A DNA stretch of 20,000 nucleotides from an uncultured virus (IMG/VR IMGVR_UViG_3300043468_000945) (taxonomy: Duplodnaviria; Heunggongvirae; Uroviricota; Caudoviricetes; Crassvirales): the IMG/VR virus record IMGVR_UViG_3300043468_000945, one strand, 5' to 3'. The first letter of the stretch is position 1, and each line of letters begins with the position of its first letter. Below are positions 16,201 to 20,000 of the stretch, in pieces. The notes under the pieces were generated by a model. The model was not told where the DNA came from, searched no databases, and saw only the letters and a program-made list of their open reading frames with translations. The position numbers were made by a program, and so were the translations under genes.

Positions 16201-17908
16201 GACTGAGCCAATACGCACAGCTCGTAAGACCATCAACGAGACTTCCAAGATGTTGAAGGAAGGCGGAAAGCCTACCGAGCAACAGCGTGACATCTTCAAT
16301 GCCATTGACCGTGCATTTGAGGAGTCAGTAGAGAACCTGTTGACTCAGAACTTTACTGCTACTTCATTTGGTGACGACGTCGTTAACTTCATATCAAGAC
16401 AGGGATACCGTGCTATGCTCGCTAGCTTGCCTAGGTTTGCTGCGGAATTGACGTCCAACTTAGGGTTCGCCCTTGTGATGGCGCCGAAAGACTTTGCTAC
16501 GGGAGTAAAGAACCGTGACATTGTTCTGTCTGCTGACGCGGTAAAGGTTCTCAACAACGTAGAGAGCAAACAGACCAACCGCCTGTTCCCGAACGATACG
16601 TTGAGCGGCAAATTAGTTGACACGTCAATCCTGAACCAAGCGAGTGGTATCAAAGGGGGCCGAGCACAGAATGATGTAGCCAATAAAATTCAACAGATTT
16701 ACAACCTGTCCGGTAAAAAGTACACCAACTTGGTTGAGCTAGGAGCTGATGCTCTTATTGCTACGCCTGATAAAGTGGTGATGCGGCCATTGTGGTTTGG
16801 TACGTTTGCCAATGAGTTCAAGAAAGCTACCGGCAAGGATGTGGACTTCAATAAAATTGCAAGCAATGACGAAACTTACATGGCTAATAACCGTGATGCT
16901 ATTGAAGCTTCGCGCATGGCTGCTGATGAGAAATCGGTAGCGGCAGGTGCTAGTGATAACGCCTTCATGGGAATCCTCAAGGGAAGCGCCAAGCCAAATC
17001 AAAGCGCTATGCTTCGTGGCTTCAACATGTTCAACAGTTTCATGACGCGGTTCCTTATCTATGAATACGTGACGGCCCGCACAGGCATCATGGCTGCCAT
17101 CGGTAACGGCTCAGTGTCTAAGAAGCAAGGAGCGGCAATGCTTGCTGCTGTGGCTACTCGTATGACCATGTACACATTGTTGTCATCTACTCTAGCGGCT
17201 GCTCTAACAGGCTTGTTTGTTGATGATGAGGACGAAGAGAATGAAAAGTCTTTGCTTCAGAAGACGGGGCAAGCTATGGCTTCGTCTGCCACTTCGCTGC
17301 TACTAGGTCGTGACTTCGGTAACGCCACCAAAGGGTTGATTAACTATGGTGTTGAGCGTGCCAACGAAGAGTACCTTGACTTCCTGAGAGAAGGAGAGTA
17401 CGACCCATACAAGGATGCGATTCAGTACACCATTGTTCCTCCGGATAAGAAGGGTAAGAAGACTGATGCCGGTGATTTGTTGATGAATATGATGGGACCA
17501 TTCGGTCCTGCGGCTAAGACTGTTGACCTTGCAATACGTAAGGCAACCGAGGATGATAAAAAAGAAGCAGACGCAATAGCTCGCTCTGAGAAAGAGACTG
17601 CTGTCCGTCTGCCACTTGAGGTTCTTGGGAACTTGGGTATGATTCCTTTGTACAAAGACGTACGTAAGGTGGTGAATGCTGAGCTTTACAAAGACATAAG
17701 CAAAGCGGTTGACAAACCTGACACTCCTATCATGAATAAGACTGACATGCAGCGCTACAATCCTGAGCTTTACAATCAGCTTTACGGACCTGAGTCTCCA
17801 ACCTATGAGATTGAGCAGTTCAGAAAAGAGATGAAGAAGGAGAAGGAGCGAATGCGTCGGGAGATGATGGACGAGATGTATGAGTACACTCCGAAGCGGA
17901 AAGATTAA
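10256..17908 (+). CDS. Giant ejection / polyvalent virion protein with embedded RelA/SpoT-like synthetase domain
   Basis: 2550-aa ORF, last of the virion module. It has Ala/Gly-rich hydrophobic helices around aa 140-415 (GFAGEGIEEAATQ), enzyme-like alpha/beta domains around aa 610-1130, and a long helical C-terminal region with hydrophobic segments. Confidence 0.85.
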   Translation: MNEQAIQDAYNLFVSNGYKKSLADFKKLIATNPTALQDSYNLFVSNGYGKDINEYKTLMGVGAPAPVKKKEATELSSEGGSSVSLISDRYRQPQQIQRDATYVKPPVMPMGGPKPVNLSTTPQKPSTPVKPQPAQQEQGYGDYVFNSLALGAAAFNEAVFSIPETVLNIFAIPQNLVAEATGWDIGTNAEQFKDYIGVKNPLLDWVKEDKKILSGEVSNYVAKNYKESGIVNNFANGNYQDGFEQLGASIAQSVPISVGIMMGGAYAAPEALAAATTVGLTEGQREELRQMNPNMKESELMMKALGMSAAESVFSAIGTGTIGQVYRDIAAREGKEAAAGILKDGLVQTYKKALEKGGMAVGFAGEGIEEAATQITQNVISGKPAFENVADAFVTGAGSGVVFTAPISAANAKNYIKNKAETYATKDKVGQILKENANNFDNLYNVPVGTSITPEQLEIANLNKSRDLLVNNLKKGVEENKITPDDAKQSLYVFDKIQQVSNAVKDLDVSAEDKAKIATLLSQRNDLKAKIENQDDVLVVQEKQQIEQINKQIQEIILKPKEDAVQKQSTDEGLLRSEGPQVGLQEMGEGNKGPQVTTEALKKEEVGPKYVKDISVLITPATVRGFDENTKRMQEMSLKYDELVKKYNETKDEALIADIRGLEEQILNDTKQEIIDKVATVPGTKVAFKDHKMGSWEGKFEPAFNMTLSITPQANTKALSDMLFDFSEKYSQDAFILESDSDNQESVFNDTMDLPLTEEKNGLLYYPQIGYTFAAPVSREKQAELSNKLRENGIDAFNMNDNEVKVSVITFGDTNLSPDEQYNQKYDEYKRQSEAIATAVKEVLGPDALGGRNVKIRRSKYTGATNEGTADQTRTYDRGDVFEAFQAAPTEVENLAKDYNALRQKQIELSKEQKQLTAEEQDRLDELAALVQPTVEKTFEVNKKLYEDAKVEAEGIAADATKGLDAFISGFPIKRPSRASIKTMRWYGGFTEKLGDGARLNIIVKNPADVDKVYNEINKKYPTTDPDLRRLNENTELGYPKRLIEVRTSNGVIAEMQVMTPQAYLAKDGINGFQGQKEFAQTELKNIQQNLGWAIPDGLGHYFYEIQRDFNVDNALREEATALSNKYYEAFTNPESKLTESFMDEVAAFKDKVDAADKTNWDRGNEGIAPESLEAYLESRPEVQVATEDVLTADNTDKTTLEKTLAFLDKVEKDLDAFGRGNLSMGVAIPVMKAIIKTMKVLVKTGITLQEAIARAAAENNVSEQDVVDTIKAVAEMRVREGKAEAATEMELPGYNRMQKELEGIIEKSRARGTTEEKAMQNAIDYLQKSRVYQDATDVQREQMVRDVRKTFGKREKAAPKPEKLFGDIKDVKNITMSEKELLKKQLMDKARGAKDAKKAWMQTSAALAKAIKSMIGPGKITTKQAAVALRKFSGVNMFDENSISRFVDYMAKVFKNAEYAEQISAISKALPIARKNVQSKIGIAEAVAPQMMRLFSIKPSLIPDAVFDKYAELVAMMGERKTVLKLDEITKIAKDVDDILTAVNEEVSLAEELADMFESYDGKVVDEDGKLDYAATIKKMVEEEVITEEEAAIMKKYKSKVLPMVERVAKTEEENAEEKEILVKAAQQAEVTTTELPTQDERKVARDLARLAKTDAVKELDNSQLKNLLRVIDNINNGFLPHFAELMVERLNAINNAKDLTNAVKTAKPLKLSAVYSKLKSLVTKKDAISELIRRNPLYYIDQVFGNFKTKAIFNSLFEKAADAQARYSSAVTELQNRLDKAEEAVSASFNKDANKTLMSKFKMMTYMVQLEKNSNPDSKQVNPAAEYLKATIDHIESGKSSFGKRDAEMLQKILDDYSVDGEIDADKLYESFNPAEKKAIKTIQDINESMRDKAVFTAAIIRGDKINPLNNYVHLNTLHEHRPDEAISGVAFVDSYNNSMRPSTKAKSLIERTGKVAPLNFDVFASANRGAKFTLMDYYLTEPIRTARKTINETSKMLKEGGKPTEQQRDIFNAIDRAFEESVENLLTQNFTATSFGDDVVNFISRQGYRAMLASLPRFAAELTSNLGFALVMAPKDFATGVKNRDIVLSADAVKVLNNVESKQTNRLFPNDTLSGKLVDTSILNQASGIKGGRAQNDVANKIQQIYNLSGKKYTNLVELGADALIATPDKVVMRPLWFGTFANEFKKATGKDVDFNKIASNDETYMANNRDAIEASRMAADEKSVAAGASDNAFMGILKGSAKPNQSAMLRGFNMFNSFMTRFLIYEYVTARTGIMAAIGNGSVSKKQGAAMLAAVATRMTMYTLLSSTLAAALTGLFVDDEDEENEKSLLQKTGQAMASSATSLLLGRDFGNATKGLINYGVERANEEYLDFLREGEYDPYKDAIQYTIVPPDKKGKKTDAGDLLMNMMGPFGPAAKTVDLAIRKATEDDKKEADAIARSEKETAVRLPLEVLGNLGMIPLYKDVRKVVNAELYKDISKAVDKPDTPIMNKTDMQRYNPELYNQLYGPESPTYEIEQFRKEMKKEKERMRREMMDEMYEYTPKRKD
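10268..10432 (+). repeat. Two-copy 30-aa (90-nt period) N-terminal repeat of the giant protein
   Basis: AIQDAYNLFVSNGYKKSLADFKKLI and ALQDSYNLFVSNGYGKDINEYKTLM. At the DNA level, caagacgcgtacaatctttt at 10274 versus caagattcatacaatctttt at 10364. Confidence 0.9.
10456..10521 (+). other. A10 slippery run with short -1-frame extension (candidate programmed frameshift or transcriptional slippage site)
   Basis: gtA AAA AAA AAA gaa (10456-10465). The -1 frame from 10465 reads RSYGIVFGRWFFGFTYLG*, with TAG at 10519-10521. Confidence 0.5.
11943..12074 (+). CDS. Nested +1-frame small basic protein (43 aa, MPFKSKAQ-type)
   Basis: MPFKSKAQMKACYAAKDPKWDCKKWAKETKDLKSLPKRLKKKK* with an A-rich leader (ctaaaacctaaagaagATG). 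It resembles a recalled family of small phage proteins (MPFKSxAQ...W..ET....LP). It is shorter than any ORF in the supplied track and absent from it. Confidence 0.72.
   Translation: MPFKSKAQMKACYAAKDPKWDCKKWAKETKDLKSLPKRLKKKK
12089..12470 (+). other. Possible SAM-lyase/PII-like ferredoxin-fold domain within the giant protein (about aa 612-738)
   Basis: Motif order VLITPA ... G-S-W-E-G-K-F-E-P-A-F (G694, E701) ... helix ... KYSQDAFIL (Q732, D733) parallels the phage SAM lyase pattern hhSA ... GxY..xExS/T ... xQD/ExhL. Confidence 0.38.
12732..12932 (+). CDS. Candidate nested +1-frame small protein (66 aa)
   Basis: MMNTNDNQKQSQPRSRKFSDLMRWEEEMLKSVGLNIPAQQTKAQPTKQEPTIEVMFLKRSKQPQQK*, with a very A-rich leader (aacaatacaatcaaaaatATG). 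Main-frame codons over this stretch favour A-ending and otherwise less-used forms (cga, aga, gga, cgg, aca). Confidence 0.5.
   Translation: MMNTNDNQKQSQPRSRKFSDLMRWEEEMLKSVGLNIPAQQTKAQPTKQEPTIEVMFLKRSKQPQQK
13088..13648 (+). other. RelA/SpoT-family (small alarmone synthetase-like, Tas1/Apk-type) nucleotidyltransferase domain within the giant protein (about aa 945-1131)
   Basis: Ordered motifs PIKRPSRASIK (aa 972-), YGG..KLGDGARLNIIV (D996, R999), LGY (G1038), NGVIAEMQVMTP..YLAK (E1055, Q1057), IPDGLGHYFYEIQR (H1101), SNKYY. Confidence 0.82.
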
Positions 17909-18321
17909 ACGTACCGAACGTACTTCATCCCCTTCTGCTTTTCATAGTACACCATGAGCTCAGCATCGTTTGATGACTCAGCTCGTGGTGTACGTCCACC
18001 CCATTTTGCTAGCCCCTCTATTTTATCAGGCTTGCCGTAGATGATGCCATCATCGCAGGCCCAAATGATTACAGGGTTCAGTCGTTTGTCCATCAGCTTC
18101 ACAATCTTTCGCATTGCGATTGGAAGCGGGTACGCGTCTCTGATACAGCGTATCCTTCCCTTGACTTCAGCGTACGCTATTAGCTTCCCATCTTTATCAA
18201 ACACTTTGTAGTCGATGTCCATCGGGTCTAGCTTCTTGAATGACCCGCCAAATATTTTTACAAATGTTTCAATGGCTTTCTTCTCACGTCTTAGGTCTTC
18301 CTCTGTTTCAAAAATTGTCAT
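17905..18321 (-). CDS. PD-(D/E)XK nuclease-fold protein
   Basis: E..AIE...DIDYKVF...IAYAEVKGR catalytic pattern. ATG 18321 is preferred over TTG 18327 (138 aa). Confidence 0.7.
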   Translation of the reverse strand: MTIFETEEDLRREKKAIETFVKIFGGSFKKLDPMDIDYKVFDKDGKLIAYAEVKGRIRCIRDAYPLPIAMRKIVKLMDKRLNPVIIWACDDGIIYGKPDKIEGLAKWGGRTPRAESSNDAELMVYYEKQKGMKYVRYV

Positions 18322-18502
18322 TGTCAATGTCTTTACTGAGCTCTCTCAAGTCTTTCATCAGTGACTTTATTTGCTCTTTAGCGGACTCGTATTCCCTGTC
18401 CACTACTTGTTCATAAATAGCAGATATACTTTCGTGATACCCGTTTGTCATGAAGGCTATCCTAGCAGCTCTATCATTTTCTTTTTTGTGTTGGTCATTC
18501 AT
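18308..18502 (-). CDS. Hypothetical protein (64 aa, helical)
   Basis: Overlaps both neighbours in a tightly packed operon and has a plausible composition. Confidence 0.75.
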   Translation of the reverse strand: MNDQHKKENDRAARIAFMTNGYHESISAIYEQVVDREYESAKEQIKSLMKDLRELSKDIDNDNF

Positions 18503-19004
18503 CTAGCATTCTCTTGATTTTACGTTCTACAATTTTTTCTTGCCCCATGGGCGTAGCTTCATCAATGATTTTCAGAATGCCTCTGAATCTTTCCATCTCA
18601 CGGTTTAGCTTTTCATTTTCGTCTTGAAGAAGTTTTACTTTCTTCTCCGAGATTTCCAATGTTTCCCTGAGTCTAGACAGTTCTGATACCGTATCATTTC
18701 CGTTCAATAAATTTAAGTCTTGTTCGTCTAATAATAGCAACTCCTTAGATTTTATGTACTTGCGAATTACTTCTCTGTCTGTGATGAGCAGACTGTCCAT
18801 CGTACGTAAATAGTGAATGATGGTAGTGTGGTCTTTGTTTATAGTCATTCCAATACTTACCAAAGACGCCCCTCGCTCACGCAAAATTTTTGCATAAATC
18901 ATACGTGCATCTATGACCTCTCTCTTCCTATTGTTTTCTATAATTTTTACACCGGTAACCAACTCTACTATCTGCTTTACTTTGTTGTAAATTGTGTTTT
19001 CCAT
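18495..19004 (-). CDS. DnaA C-terminal (domain IV)-like HTH DNA-binding protein with coiled-coil tail
   Basis: NRKREVIDARMIYAKILRE..ASLVSIGMTINKDHTTIIH matches the Bac_DnaA_C signature (R....AR......R....SL..IG....RDHTTV.H). There is no AAA+ domain, so this is not dnaA. Confidence 0.82.
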   Translation of the reverse strand: MENTIYNKVKQIVELVTGVKIIENNRKREVIDARMIYAKILRERGASLVSIGMTINKDHTTIIHYLRTMDSLLITDREVIRKYIKSKELLLLDEQDLNLLNGNDTVSELSRLRETLEISEKKVKLLQDENEKLNREMERFRGILKIIDEATPMGQEKIVERKIKRMLDE

Positions 19005-19006
19005 AT

Positions 19007-19261
19007 TTATTCTTTTGGGCCTCTGAATACCACAGCCTTTATCCCGTGGTTGTTTAGTTCTTTAATACGAAACTCCTGTAGCTTTGAGAGCTTTCCATCG
19101 TAGCGTTTCACTTCGATAAACTCTACGTCAGAATCGCGAGGGATAGCAATCAAATCAGGGATACCATTCTTGTTGGTCTTCACTAGTTTTATTACATAGT
19201 ATCCCTGCTCTTCAAGCTGCTTAATCAGTTTCGATTGTATCTGCTGTTCTTTCAGTGACAT
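19007..19261 (-). CDS. VRR-NUC domain nuclease (putative Holliday junction resolvase)
   Basis: E..IQ.KL...L...GYYVIK...GIPDL...FIEVKR..GKLSKLQ..RI.EL...G, the typical stand-alone phage VRR-NUC pattern. Confidence 0.88.
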   Translation of the reverse strand: MSLKEQQIQSKLIKQLEEQGYYVIKLVKTNKNGIPDLIAIPRDSDVEFIEVKRYDGKLSKLQEFRIKELNNHGIKAVVFRGPKE

Positions 19262-19553
19262 TGGTTTCTTTGATTAACTCTTTAACGGATATGTTTATCT
19301 GCGTACACTCATAGATGAACTGAATCAATCTCTCGATGTCCTCTTGGCGTAGGGCGAATCGCTCAGCTAGGAAGTACTCATAGGGATGGCAGCTTTCGTC
19401 AAGCGTTATCTCTTCAAGTTGGAACCCAATCCTACGTTGAGGTAATACCACAATGGCAAAGATTATCGTGTACTGTTCGCCCTCTTTCACCCACTTGTGT
19501 TCCGGGATTTCCTTGGGCTTTTTCTTGTCGTTGATACAAATGCAATTAATCAT
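19221..19553 (-). CDS. Hypothetical phage protein (110 aa)
   Basis: CICINDK..P......WVKEGEQYT....F.AERF pattern. ATGA overlap with the upstream gene and a strong SD. Confidence 0.8.
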   Translation of the reverse strand: MINCICINDKKKPKEIPEHKWVKEGEQYTIIFAIVVLPQRRIGFQLEEITLDESCHPYEYFLAERFALRQEDIERLIQFIYECTQINISVKELIKETNVTERTADTIETD

Positions 19554-19846
19554 TGCTCACCTCCTCCGTTCTCTAATGGTACTTCAATTACTTGAACTCC
19601 GCAATGGTCTGCGTTATCCCATAAAGTAGAATCATCACAATTTAGAATCTCTAATAGATGCCTTGCTTCTTCTGCTGTTGTTTCTTTAGTGTTGTAAACG
19701 ATAAGAGTTCTTTTTGTGGCGATTGGTGCTAATGATGTTAGATGTTTCTTAATCATTGATTCGTGAAATTTTTCCGGGTAATTTTTAAGGTAATCTCTAA
19801 TCGCCTCAGCAGTGTTTAGCAATTGTTCTTCTGTGTATAGTTTCAT
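19550..19846 (-). CDS. Hypothetical phage protein (98 aa, MKLYTEEQ start)
   Basis: Strong SD, ATGA overlaps at both ends, flanked by 18-bp direct repeats. Confidence 0.8.
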   Translation of the reverse strand: MKLYTEEQLLNTAEAIRDYLKNYPEKFHESMIKKHLTSLAPIATKRTLIVYNTKETTAEEARHLLEILNCDDSTLWDNADHCGVQVIEVPLENGGGEQ

Positions 19847-19860
19847 TGCTCACCTCCTCC
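19550..19860 (-). repeat. Exact 18-bp direct repeat GGAGGAGGTGAGCAATGA (SD + stop/start), copies at 19550-19567 and 19843-19860
   Basis: tcattgctcacctcctcc appears twice on the + strand, 293 nt apart. Both genes ending in it terminate in GGGEQ*. Confidence 0.95.
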
Positions 19861-19998
19861 AAAGGTTTCGTTGTAGTATTGTTCACCATTTATTGGTAGT
19901 GTACTTTCAGGATAATCAATTCCATGAACTGTTCCTTTGTTGTATGCAGTTTCAATTCTTTCCTTCTCCATTTCTTTGGCTTCTCTGATTTCCTCTTG
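19843..19998 (-). CDS. C-terminal part of hypothetical phage protein (AKEMEKE...EQYYNETF type), truncated by window edge
   Basis: Manual translation QEEIREAKEMEKERIETAYNKGTVHGIDYPESTLPINGEQYYNETFGGGEQ*. Its TGA overlaps the next ATG. Confidence 0.8.
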   Translation of the reverse strand, partial: QEEIREAKEMEKERIETAYNKGTVHGIDYPESTLPINGEQYYNETFGGGEQ

Positions 19999-20000
19999 AT

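Larger units (their letters stand above)
1..20000. mobile_element. Tailed phage genome segment (podovirus-like virion/ejection module plus convergent small-gene block), likely Bacteroidota host
   Basis: Dense co-oriented genes in tail adaptor-nozzle-GNAT-three ejection protein order, VRR-NUC and PD-(D/E)XK genes, no cellular housekeeping genes. TAnnTTTG motifs sit in two short intergenic gaps. Free phage versus prophage cannot be decided from this window. Confidence 0.93.

Noticed and set aside
16801..16940. Internal TACGTTTG followed by ATG and a 42-aa +1 ORF
   Set aside because: Several chance TAnnTTTG matches are expected per 20 kb, and the peptide looks like a frame shadow.
131..17655. 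Many minus-strand ORFs (up to 196 aa) opposite the + strand genes
   Set aside because: They have the Ser/Leu/Phe-rich antisense shadow composition, no recognisable motifs, and lie wholly within long + strand genes.
19550..19860. CRISPR or att-site interpretation of the 18-bp repeat
   Set aside because: Only two copies 293 nt apart, enclosing a full gene, with no cas or integrase gene in the window.
1..20000. tRNA, rRNA, intron/intein, lytic transglycosylase domain or intrinsic terminators
   Set aside because: There is almost no intergenic space, and no convincing signature was recognised by eye.

Overview
The window is part of a tailed dsDNA phage genome with a podovirus-like layout, probably infecting a Bacteroidota/Flavobacteriia host. 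The host guess rests on TAnnTTTG promoter motifs, A-rich starts without a Shine-Dalgarno, and the gene families present. The + strand (1-17908) is a late virion module in T7 gp11-gp16-like order: end of a tail adaptor gene, a nozzle/stabilization gene apparently split around a Cys-rich module, a GNAT, two ejection proteins and a 2550-aa giant ejection/polyvalent protein. The - strand (17905-20000) is a convergent block of small genes: PD-(D/E)XK nuclease, DnaA C-terminal HTH, VRR-NUC and hypotheticals. The giant gene is the most interesting locus. It carries a RelA/SpoT-family synthetase domain of the Tas1/Apk (p)ppApp type and a possible SAM-lyase-like domain. Two small ORFs are nested in its +1 frame beside those domains, and an A10 slippery run near its start would give an 88-aa product with an aromatic tail in the -1 frame. 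By manual scan, GATC and the asymmetric 4-mer CCAG/CTGG are absent from all 20 kb. An exact 18-bp SD+ATGA repeat brackets one small gene. All function calls come from reading motifs by eye and recalling family consensuses; no searches were run.
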